A stretch of DNA of 64,000 bases from an uncultured Spirochaetota bacterium (lineage in GTDB: Bacteria > Spirochaetota > Brevinematia > Brevinematales > JAOACQ01): contig CAVYGN010000001.1 of NCBI GenBank assembly GCA_963768055.1, positions 1,230,080-1,294,079 on the forward strand, in the 5' to 3' direction. Of this stretch, positions 18,537-26,600 are shown piece after piece. The number at the start of each line of letters is the position of its first letter. Within the stretch, counting starts at the first letter, position 1. The position numbers and the translations under genes were made by a program. The notes below the pieces were generated by a model that searched no databases, was not told the origin of the DNA, and worked only from the letters and a program-made list of their open reading frames with translations.

Positions 18537-19619
18537 CTAAGAACTTTTCATTATCCTCATGAAATCGTCGAAAAGATACCGGGAATCATGAGGCCCCGGA
18601 GAAGCTTCCGGATGGTACTGAACCGAGAACGCCCTGAATTTTTTATGCCTTAAACCCTCGACCGTCCTGTCGTTAAGATTTAAGTGAGTTACTTCTATAT
18701 CTGACGGTATCGAATCCTCGACAATTGAAAAACCATGATTCTGGGATGTTATTTCTACACAGCCGGTCGATAAATTTTTTACCGGCTGATTTGCTCCCCT
18801 GTGCCCGAATTTAAGCTTGTAAATTTGGGCTCCGGCCGCAAGGCCGAGAAGCTGGTGACCAAGGCAGATCCCGAATATGGGGACCTTGCCGAGAATACCC
18901 TTGATGGCGTTTATGGCATACCTGACTTCCCTCGGGTCCCCTGGGCCGTTTGCAAGGAAAACCCCGTCCGGCTTCAAATCGAGTATCTGCCTGTCGGTAT
19001 ACATTGCCGGAATCAGTGTGATATTCGCCCCCAAAGAGTCGAATATCCTCATGATATTATGTTTCACCCCGGTTTGCACAGCAACTATATGAGGATTGCC
19101 GCTTTTAAATTCCTTCCATCTGACCGGCTTGTCGATCGATACCTGGGGAACGAGATCCAGCCCCGACATATCGGGGACCTTTGACAATTTTTCCTTAAGG
19201 CTTTCTATATCGAAATCGATTGCCGACAGTATGCCGTTCATTGCCCCGGTAATGCGGATTATCCGCGTCAATTTCCTCGTGTCTATCCCCTCGATCCCGG
19301 CAACGCTGTTTTTTTCCAGGAGCTCCCCGATCGTGCCCCTGCTGCTCCAGTTCGAATCTATTTTTGACGCTTCCCTGACAATAAAACCGGCGGCCTGGAT
19401 TTTTTCAGATTCCATATTATCCGGATTCACGCCGTAATTGCCGATCAGGGGATATGTCATTGTTATGATCTGCCCTTTATAAGACGGGTCTGTAAGGATT
19501 TCCTGGTATCCTGTCATAGCGGTGTTGAAGACTACCTCGCCCATCGTTTCGCCCTGAAACCCGAAGTTCCTGCCGCGGAATATCTCACCGTTTTTCAGAA
19601 GAAGCACGGCTTTACGCAT
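18537..19619 (-). CDS. carA: Carbamoyl-phosphate synthase small (glutamine amidotransferase) subunit
   Basis: 360 aa. GICLGHQLL catalytic Cys and QYHPE. carB is not adjacent. Confidence 0.9.
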   Translation of the reverse strand: MRKAVLLLKNGEIFRGRNFGFQGETMGEVVFNTAMTGYQEILTDPSYKGQIITMTYPLIGNYGVNPDNMESEKIQAAGFIVREASKIDSNWSSRGTIGELLEKNSVAGIEGIDTRKLTRIIRITGAMNGILSAIDFDIESLKEKLSKVPDMSGLDLVPQVSIDKPVRWKEFKSGNPHIVAVQTGVKHNIMRIFDSLGANITLIPAMYTDRQILDLKPDGVFLANGPGDPREVRYAINAIKGILGKVPIFGICLGHQLLGLAAGAQIYKLKFGHRGANQPVKNLSTGCVEITSQNHGFSIVEDSIPSDIEVTHLNLNDRTVEGLRHKKFRAFSVQYHPEASPGPHDSRYLFDDFMRIMKSS

Positions 19620-19788
19620 GATTTTACTCCCGCCTTAATTATAATATTGAAAACGATTATTCTCAAATAACGGGGGAACGGGGAAACTGGGATTTACACA
19701 GAGAGACAGAGGAACGTAGAGTTTATATTTACTGCTGCTTTATCTGTATTTCTTTCTTTTATTAAATCTGCCGACAACCGGGTGTGGT

Positions 19789-20352
19789 TTACCGCAAACC
19801 ATGAACCTTCAAATACAGCAGCGCTATGATCGTCTTCGAGTCTTCTATCTTCCCCTCGTCTATCATCGACAGGGCCTTTTCAAAAGGGACCCTCTCGCAG
19901 GCTATGAATTCATCGTCGTCGGGATCAGTCGAACCGGCCGCGAGGTCCGAAGCTTTGAAAAGGTGCAGCCTCTCCGTGCTGTAGCCCGGGCATGGAAAAT
20001 ACGAGCAGAATAGCTCGAGCTTTTGGGCTTTATATCCCGATTCCTCGAGCAGTTCCCTTTCCGCGGCCGACTTGAGGTCTTCCGACGGGCTGTCGAGTTT
20101 TCCCGCCGGGATTTCGTAAATAACCCGCCCTATCGGATACCTGAACTGCCTCACAAGGATAATATCGGTTTTATCGATGAAGGGGACTATTCCGACCGCT
20201 TCCGGGTAGAACACATAATCCTTTTTCGCCTCCCTGCCGTCGGGAAGCCTTACAAGGTCGGATTTAAAGCTGAAAGATTTGCCGGTGTGAATAATTGAAC
20301 TGTTTATCGTATGCTCTTTTAAATCGCTAAAATGCGTTCTGCCTGATTTCAT
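19789..20352 (-). CDS. NUDIX hydrolase (ADP-ribose pyrophosphatase-like)
   Basis: Nudix box GKLDSPSEDLKSAAERELLEESGY. 26-nt overlap with the purF 3' end. Confidence 0.85.
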   Translation of the reverse strand: MKSGRTHFSDLKEHTINSSIIHTGKSFSFKSDLVRLPDGREAKKDYVFYPEAVGIVPFIDKTDIILVRQFRYPIGRVIYEIPAGKLDSPSEDLKSAAERELLEESGYKAQKLELFCSYFPCPGYSTERLHLFKASDLAAGSTDPDDDEFIACERVPFEKALSMIDEGKIEDSKTIIALLYLKVHGLR

Positions 20353-21751
20353 TCTCGAAACCGCCTTTTGAAAAATTGCTTATCGGCGAAGGGTATTCGC
20401 CGTCAAAACAGGCCTTGCAGTAATCGTCGAATACGGCTTCTTCGTCGAACAATCCTTCAGTGCTAATATAACCGACGGATTCAACCCCGATGAATTTAGC
20501 TATTTCTTCCAGAGAACCTGTTATATTGGCAAGCAATTCCTCGTAAGTTGAAAAATCGATACCGTAATAGCATGGATGTCGTACCGGGGGCGAAGCGACC
20601 CTGAAATGGACTTCCGCGGGGGAACAGCTTCTGACCAGTTTCACGATTTTACGCGAGGTGGTGCCCCTGACTATAGAGTCATCGATCAAAACAACCCTTT
20701 TACCCTCGATTATCTCCCTCACCGGGATAAATTTCATCTTTACGCCGAAATCCCTTATTTTTTGCGAGGGCTCGATAAATGTTCTGCCTATGTAATGGCT
20801 CCTTATTAAACCGAGGGCGAGCGGAATTTTCGATTCGTGCGAATAGCCCAGCGCAGATACCATACCGGAATCGGGAACAGGGATAATATAATCCGCTTCG
20901 ACGGGATGTTCCCTCGCCAGTTTTCTGCCGATTTCAAACCTGTAATTATATACGCTTTTATCAAAAACTTTCGAGGAAGGCTTTGAAAAATATATCAATT
21001 CAAAAACGCAATGGTTCGGTTTTACTTCTTTATCGGTAATCTTGTAACTCTCAATTCCTCTTTCAGTTACCACGGCAATCTCATTGGGCTTCACATCCCT
21101 GATTTTCGATGCTTCCACTATTGAAAAGGCGCTGTCCTCAGAAGCGAATACTATGGTGTCGCCCATTTCAGGAATATTTGTCCCGATTTTCCCCATCGAA
21201 AGCGGGCGGAATCCCATAGGGTCTCTTGCGGCGATAAGCATGTCCTTTGAAAGAACAAGCAGAGAAAAAGATCCCTCAAGCCGGCCAAGGGCAAATTTCA
21301 CTGAATCGATAAGGTTATCCGCAGGGGCATCCGCTATAAGCTGAAGAATGACCTCGCTGTCGCTCGAAGAATGAAAACTCATACCTTTCCCCATCAATTC
21401 TTCCCTTATCGCATTTGCGTTTGTGATGTTGCCGTTATGGGAGATAGCTATGGCCCCCTTGGAAATTGCGGCGGTGATGGGCTGCGCGTTGACCAATGCC
21501 GGCGAACCGGTTGTCGAATACCTTACATGGCCTATCGAACTGTAGCCCTGAAGATATGAAAGTATGGGCTCGTCAAAAAAGTCGCTTACGCGGCCAAGAC
21601 CAACCTGTTTATATAAAAATGAACCGTCCGAACTCACTATGCCGCAGGATTCCTGCCCCCTGTGTTGAAGCACAGTCAGTCCAAGATATACATATCTGGA
21701 CGCCTCACTTAATCCGAAAATCCCGAATACCCCGCATTCTTCCTTTATCAT
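20327..21751 (-). CDS. purF: Amidophosphoribosyltransferase
   Basis: N-terminal propeptide then CGVFGIFG. PRPP-binding VVLIDDSIVRGTT. C-terminal Cys cluster. Confidence 0.92.
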   Translation of the reverse strand: MIKEECGVFGIFGLSEASRYVYLGLTVLQHRGQESCGIVSSDGSFLYKQVGLGRVSDFFDEPILSYLQGYSSIGHVRYSTTGSPALVNAQPITAAISKGAIAISHNGNITNANAIREELMGKGMSFHSSSDSEVILQLIADAPADNLIDSVKFALGRLEGSFSLLVLSKDMLIAARDPMGFRPLSMGKIGTNIPEMGDTIVFASEDSAFSIVEASKIRDVKPNEIAVVTERGIESYKITDKEVKPNHCVFELIYFSKPSSKVFDKSVYNYRFEIGRKLAREHPVEADYIIPVPDSGMVSALGYSHESKIPLALGLIRSHYIGRTFIEPSQKIRDFGVKMKFIPVREIIEGKRVVLIDDSIVRGTTSRKIVKLVRSCSPAEVHFRVASPPVRHPCYYGIDFSTYEELLANITGSLEEIAKFIGVESVGYISTEGLFDEEAVFDDYCKACFDGEYPSPISNFSKGGFENEIRQNAF

Positions 21752-21772
21752 TTAACCGATTCACCCCCTTCC

Positions 21773-22537
21773 TTATTTTACATAGAGTTTTCTTATTTTC
21801 AAATATTCATCTTTTTTAAGCGGCGAATAAATACAGAACTGGTTCTTGCCCAGGAATTTTGCCTCGTATAATGCATTGTCAGCTTCGTTCTGCAGCTTCT
21901 GAAACAACTTATCGATACCTTCAGGTTCAAGCAATTTTTTTTCTGTAAAATGATACTCTACAAACGATATTCCTGCGCTTACGCTTACAAAAATTTTTTC
22001 TCCAATGCATTCAAGGACTATGCTTCTGATCTTTTCAAGTATTTTATCACAGAATATTATAGCACCCTTTAAATCCGTCGATGGAAGGATCACATCGAAT
22101 TCTTCCCCGCCGAAACGGATCGCGTAGTCCGTAGGCCTTGAATTTCCCCTGATAATAGAAGCTATTTCAATAAGGACCTTGTCGCCGATATCATGGCCGT
22201 ATTTGTTATTAAAATGGGAAAAATCGTCGATGTCGAAACGAACAAAGGAAATGGGATACACAATTCCCTTCATTCCAAAAAATATCCTGGATGCCGTTTT
22301 TATTATCGTAACAAGGTAATCGCCCCTGTATTTAAGAAGGTTTGTTTTTTCGTCTATATTGATCTTTTTTTCCAAAAGTTTGTACTTGTCAATAAGAGCA
22401 AAATAATCAAGTTCCGAAAGCCTTAAAGCTTCCACGATATCGTCCGTAACAGCGTCATAATTAAGCAGATGGGTCAGGAGCTGGATATTCCTGATCTGAA
22501 ACTCGGATAATATTTTTTCTTCTTTTTTCGGTTTCAT
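21773..22537 (-). CDS. Diguanylate cyclase (GGDEF domain) with short N-terminal helical region
   Basis: DIDDFSHFNNKYGHDIGDKVL and the active-site RFGGEEF. Confidence 0.85.
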   Translation of the reverse strand: MKPKKEEKILSEFQIRNIQLLTHLLNYDAVTDDIVEALRLSELDYFALIDKYKLLEKKINIDEKTNLLKYRGDYLVTIIKTASRIFFGMKGIVYPISFVRFDIDDFSHFNNKYGHDIGDKVLIEIASIIRGNSRPTDYAIRFGGEEFDVILPSTDLKGAIIFCDKILEKIRSIVLECIGEKIFVSVSAGISFVEYHFTEKKLLEPEGIDKLFQKLQNEADNALYEAKFLGKNQFCIYSPLKKDEYLKIRKLYVK

Positions 22538-22551
22538 ATTTTCCTCCTGAG

Positions 22552-24993
22552 TCAGGCCCCTAACACATCCATGGCGGTCTTTACTGCCTCAACTGCGTTG
22601 ACGGAATAATGCGCTCCGATACTGTCCGAGAAATCCCGCGTTACAGCCGCTCCCCCGACAAGGACTTTGAAATTCCTGCCTTTTTCATTCATAAGTTCCA
22701 TGAATTCTTTCATCCTGGGCATTGTAGTTGTCATTAACGCGGACAGCGCGATTAAATCGGCATGATTTTCCATCGCTTTTTCAAGTATAATATCGTTAGG
22801 CACATCTTTACCCAGATCTATCACATCAAAGCCGTAATTCCTGAATAACAGGATAACAATATTCTTCCCTATATCGTGAACATCGCCTTTAACCGTTGCA
22901 AATACTACCCTGCCCTTCGAATTGCTTCTGCCGCCCTTGTTCAATAGAGGCTCGATAACAGAAAAGGCTGTTTTCATTGTCTCGGCCGAAAGCATTAATT
23001 GCGGAAGAAAATATATTTTTTTTTCGTAAAGATTGCCGACCTCATTTACCGCGGGCAGTAAAAATTTATTCAAAATATCGTCTGGGCCTATCGGCTCTTT
23101 AAGCGCATCCTCAATCAATATTGAAATATTCTCTTTGTTCCCCTTTAAAACGGCCTTGTACAACTTTTCCCCGACAGGCAAACTATCCCCTGATTTTTCT
23201 TCGTTTATAGTTTTAACTGTCTTAACACCCGCTTCGTTTTTGTCTTTTTCATAACCCGAGTAAGCGGTAATATATGCAGAGGCGTTGCCGTCCCTTGACA
23301 ATAAAACATCCGATGCCCTGACCATTCCCATCAGCTCGGAATCGAACGGGTTAACTATAGCCGAAGTAAGTCCGTTGGCAATGGCCATCGATAAAAAATT
23401 CCTGTTGATGAAAGAACGGGCGGGCAGGCCGAAGGAAATATTGGAAAGCCCGCATGTTGTGAAAAGGCCCAATTCCTCTTTGAATAATCTTATAGTCTTA
23501 AGCGTTTCAGCGGCCCCCTGCTGCTCAGCGCTTACCGTTAGAACAAGCGGGTCGGCGAGAATATTTTTTTTATCTATGCCGGTCCGAACGGCCTCATCGA
23601 CTATTTTCCTCATCAAAGCCGCTCTTTCCCCGGCGGTTTTCGGAATTCCCTTTTCGTCTATCGGCAAAGCTATAAAAGCCGCTCCGTATTTTTTAACATC
23701 TTTAAGCAGGCCAAGCCGGCTCCCTTCGGCAGAAATGGAATTGAGAAGCGGTTTCCCCGGATATATCTTCATTGCAGCAGCAGCTGCCTCCGGATTTGCG
23801 GTATCTATTGATAGAGGAGTTTTAACGAGATTACCCAGGATCTCTATCCCCTTCTCAAAATATAAAGCTTCGGAAATCCCCTCGATTCCCATGTTTAAAT
23901 CCAGTATCCCGGCTCCCGCACTTTCCTGGGCAAGGGCTTCATCCCGGAATAACTCAAAACGCCCTTCCTTAATATCTTCCGATAGTTTTTTACGTGCCGT
24001 CGGATTTAATCTTTCCCCTATTACAGTGAAAGGCAGGTCGAAGCCTATTTTCCTGACGGAATACCGGCTCGAAAGTTTCATAAAATCAATGACTGCCTTT
24101 TTCCTTTTAAGGAAAGGCTGTTGTTCTGCCGCTCTATCATGGAGAAATTTAATATGGTCGGGAGTCGTTCCGCAGCAGCCTCCTACGGCGTTCGCACCGC
24201 ATTCAATCATACGGAGGGCGGTGTCCGCGTAGCTTTCAGGCGTCGTTTTGAAAACCGTTTTCCCGTTCGAAAGGACCGGCTTGCCGGCGTTAGCCTGGGC
24301 AATAATTGGAATGGAAATCAGAGATTCTATTTCACGAATTATCCTGAGCATGTCAATAGGCCCGGTGCCGCAATTGGTTCCGGCCATATCGACTCCGAGG
24401 GCTTCCATAAGGGTAAAAGAAGCACCTGCGGGACTGCCGGTGACTGTTCTTCCGTCCTCTTCGAAAGTAATACTGGCTATTACCGGAAGATCGCAGACTT
24501 CCCTGCAGGCTATTATACCCGCTTTTAATTCCAGTATATCAATGTGGGTCTCGAAAAATATGCAGTCTGCGCCGGCATCGGCGAGAATTTCTATCTGTTC
24601 TTTATAAATATCTCCCATCTCGTCGAAAGATATACTGCCCAGCGGCTTTACGAACTTCCCGGTAGGGCCGACATCTCCGGCGACAAGAGCCCTGTTTTGA
24701 GCCGCCTTCTTCGCCAGCTTTACAGCCGCCCCGTTTATTTCTTTAAGCCTGTTTTCAAGATTAAACTCGGAAAGCTTTATCCTGTTTCCGCCTAATGTAT
24801 TTGTAATGATCAGATCGCTTCCCGCTTCGATATAGCTTCTGTGCACCGATTCGATAATATCACCATTGGTAATATTCCAAAGCTCCGGACAATCCCCGCC
24901 TGAGAGACCATACTTTTGAAGCAGCACTCCCATCGACCCGTCGCTGAAAGCCACGGATCCAAGGGATTTTTCATAAAACTCCTTCCAATTCAC
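22552..24993 (-). CDS. metH: Cobalamin-dependent methionine synthase, short form (Hcy-binding + pterin-binding + B12-binding; no AdoMet reactivation domain)
   Basis: 813 aa. GGCCGTTPDHI zinc site and DVHDIGKNIV (DxHxxG) B12 motif near the C-terminus. GTG start with AGGAG ~8 nt upstream. Confidence 0.9.
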   Translation of the reverse strand: MNWKEFYEKSLGSVAFSDGSMGVLLQKYGLSGGDCPELWNITNGDIIESVHRSYIEAGSDLIITNTLGGNRIKLSEFNLENRLKEINGAAVKLAKKAAQNRALVAGDVGPTGKFVKPLGSISFDEMGDIYKEQIEILADAGADCIFFETHIDILELKAGIIACREVCDLPVIASITFEEDGRTVTGSPAGASFTLMEALGVDMAGTNCGTGPIDMLRIIREIESLISIPIIAQANAGKPVLSNGKTVFKTTPESYADTALRMIECGANAVGGCCGTTPDHIKFLHDRAAEQQPFLKRKKAVIDFMKLSSRYSVRKIGFDLPFTVIGERLNPTARKKLSEDIKEGRFELFRDEALAQESAGAGILDLNMGIEGISEALYFEKGIEILGNLVKTPLSIDTANPEAAAAAMKIYPGKPLLNSISAEGSRLGLLKDVKKYGAAFIALPIDEKGIPKTAGERAALMRKIVDEAVRTGIDKKNILADPLVLTVSAEQQGAAETLKTIRLFKEELGLFTTCGLSNISFGLPARSFINRNFLSMAIANGLTSAIVNPFDSELMGMVRASDVLLSRDGNASAYITAYSGYEKDKNEAGVKTVKTINEEKSGDSLPVGEKLYKAVLKGNKENISILIEDALKEPIGPDDILNKFLLPAVNEVGNLYEKKIYFLPQLMLSAETMKTAFSVIEPLLNKGGRSNSKGRVVFATVKGDVHDIGKNIVILLFRNYGFDVIDLGKDVPNDIILEKAMENHADLIALSALMTTTMPRMKEFMELMNEKGRNFKVLVGGAAVTRDFSDSIGAHYSVNAVEAVKTAMDVLGA

Positions 24994-25011
24994 GAAGGCT
25001 TTCTCCTTTCA

Positions 25012-25112
25012 ATATGTCGATTAAGGGCGCTTTTAATATACCCTAACGGACACCTTCGGCCCTTCGGATAGGAAGCGCACCTGTCCTGGGGCCAGGCACC
25101 AGGGCCCATAGG
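25012..25112 (+). repeat. Structured intergenic repeat, copy 1 (inverted copy at 50408-50488)
   Basis: The 40-nt core aagcgcacctgtcctggggccaggcaccagggcccatagg (25073-25112) matches the reverse complement of 50408-50447 at 39/40. A shared left arm, atat.tcg.tt.agggcgc, is also present. Confidence 0.8.
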
Positions 25113-25302
25113 GCAAATATTATAAATACACAGTTCTTTTAGAAGATAGGATGATATTCTTGATGCATTAGAACTGCCATTAATTCTATATTATTTCATT
25201 GAAAATTCCTAATTATTGCAGGAATATATTGACTTACCCGGCTATGGGCAGTATATGGGTTTCAAAGATGTTACAATAAAATAAATTTTATTATATAAAC
25301 TG

Positions 25303-25331
25303 TTGACAAAATCATTTCAATTAGTTACAAT
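25303..25331 (+). promoter_or_regulatory. Near-consensus sigma70 promoter (TTGACA-17 nt-TACAAT) of the TetR operon
   Basis: ttgacaaaatcatttcaattagttacaat. The ORF-track start TTG at 25303 is the first three bases of this -35 hexamer. Confidence 0.6.
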
Positions 25332-25345
25332 GAGTATTCACTCAT
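25330..25345. promoter_or_regulatory. Candidate TetR operator palindrome ATGAGT-attc-ACTCAT overlapping the -10/+1 region
   Basis: Perfect 6-bp inverted repeat with a 4-bp spacer directly after TACAAT. TGAGTAT recurs at 25346-25352. Confidence 0.5.
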
Positions 25346-25362
25346 TGAGTATGGAGTCATTG

Positions 25363-25950
25363 ATGAACAAATCTAAACGTCTGGAACATAAAGACCAGAC
25401 TAGAAGGAAACTTATTAAAGCTGCTTTCAATCAATTCGCTGTCGATGGAATTTTATCCACTAAAACAGCTAAAATAGCGGACGCTGCAGGAGTAGCCCAT
25501 GGGACGCTCTTTATTCATTTTCCAACCAGAGAAGACCTGCTGATAACGGTAATATATGAGTTCGGCCAAAAGGTTGCAGGCCGTATTCATGAATTAGCCG
25601 CAATAGACGGCTCTATCAGGGAAATGCTTGATGCGCATCTGAACGGATTGATCGAATATGAAAGTTTTTATAAGAAACTTGTAATTGAAGGGCCTTTACT
25701 TCCCGTTGAAGCCAGAATTTCGCTGGTTATGATCCAATCGGCCATTTCATTCCATTTTATCAAGGCCGCCGAACTGGAAATAGCATCAGGAAAAATCCGA
25801 AGTATCCCTCTTCATCTGCTATTTAACACCTGGGTTGGACTGATCCATTACTATTTGGTAAATGGGGATATGTTTTCTGACGGAGGTTCTGTCCTGGCAA
25901 GGTATAGGGAAGAATTGCTGGATCACTATATCAGCTTGATAAGAAAATAA
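25363..25950 (+). CDS. TetR/AcrR-family transcriptional regulator
   Basis: N-terminal HTH block TRRKLIKAAFNQFAVDGILSTKTAKIADAAGVAHGTLFIHFPTREDL. Start moved to ATG 25363 (GGAG 6 nt upstream) because upstream in-frame codons overlap the promoter. Confidence 0.85.
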   Translation: MNKSKRLEHKDQTRRKLIKAAFNQFAVDGILSTKTAKIADAAGVAHGTLFIHFPTREDLLITVIYEFGQKVAGRIHELAAIDGSIREMLDAHLNGLIEYESFYKKLVIEGPLLPVEARISLVMIQSAISFHFIKAAELEIASGKIRSIPLHLLFNTWVGLIHYYLVNGDMFSDGGSVLARYREELLDHYISLIRK

Positions 25951-25969
25951 AATATAGGAGGCATATTTC

Positions 25970-26335
25970 ATGCAAAATTACGACAACTTTTTTCTTCCGG
26001 TTGACGATTTAAAATCAGCTAAGGAATATTATGAAAATGTCCTTGGAATGAAAGTCAAGTTTGATTTTTCACCCCAGGGCATGATAGCGTTCCAGGTCGG
26101 GAAACTGGAACCGGCTGTAATTTTGAAAGACCGGAACAAATTTCCGGATGTTAAACCCGCAATCTGGTTTGTCGTATCCGATGTTGCACAGGAATATCAA
26201 AAAATGAAGAAGAAGGGAGTGTTTTTTTTATCGGAACCATTTAAGATAAAAACAGGCATGGCCGTCGAGTTCGAAGACCCTTTCGGCAACAGAATGGGTA
26301 TTACCGATTATTCTGGAATTGAAATTCATAAATAG
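25970..26335 (+). CDS. VOC / glyoxalase-bleomycin-resistance family protein
   Basis: 121 aa. Typical VOC pattern PVDDLKSAKEYYENVLGMKV...FEDPFGNRMGI. AGGAGG RBS. Confidence 0.75.
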   Translation: MQNYDNFFLPVDDLKSAKEYYENVLGMKVKFDFSPQGMIAFQVGKLEPAVILKDRNKFPDVKPAIWFVVSDVAQEYQKMKKKGVFFLSEPFKIKTGMAVEFEDPFGNRMGITDYSGIEIHK

Positions 26336-26354
26336 TAATATCAGGAGAAAAAAA

Positions 26355-26600
26355 ATGAAAATTTGTATTGCATGCGGAATGCCAATGATAAAAGAGGAAG
26401 AGTTCGCAATGGGCGATATATCAAAGGATTATTGCGTTCATTGCGCCCGGTCTGACGGCAGTATGCAGTCTTACGATGAAAAGCTTGAAAGCATGGCAGG
26501 GTTTATCATCAAAACCCAGGGCTTTGATAGAAAAGCGGCCAGGGAAGCTGCAAGAGGAATGATGAGAAAACTTCCGGCTTGGCGGGAGTATCATTTATAA
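26355..26600 (+). CDS. Small zinc-ribbon protein
   Basis: CIACGMP...CVHC. Start moved to ATG 26355 (CAGGAG upstream). Confidence 0.6.
   Translation: MKICIACGMPMIKEEEFAMGDISKDYCVHCARSDGSMQSYDEKLESMAGFIIKTQGFDRKAAREAARGMMRKLPAWREYHL

Noticed and set aside
19690-19716. PyrR-binding-like AGAGAG/ACAGAGG motif upstream of carA.
   Set aside because: The purine-rich motif is on the plus strand, that is, antisense to carA. The transcribed strand carries its C/U-rich complement, so it cannot be a PyrR site for this gene.
23285-24232. Long plus-strand ORF (315 aa) and neighbouring ORFs antisense to metH. Similar long antisense ORFs occur at 5261-5818, 10280-10813, 16796-17287, 26667-27188, 42855-43379, 49708-50205 and 55730-56263.
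   Set aside because: Each lies entirely inside, and antisense to, a gene with strong family motifs. Their translations are low-complexity (S/P/R/F-rich) with no motifs or RBS. These are typical shadow ORFs.
24994-25140. SAM, SAH or cobalamin riboswitch in the metH leader.
   Set aside because: Reading the minus strand, I find none of the conserved cores I know (no B12 box GCCACUG, no SAM-I four-way junction motifs, no SAH pseudoknot consensus). The main structured segment recurs at an unrelated locus in the opposite orientation.
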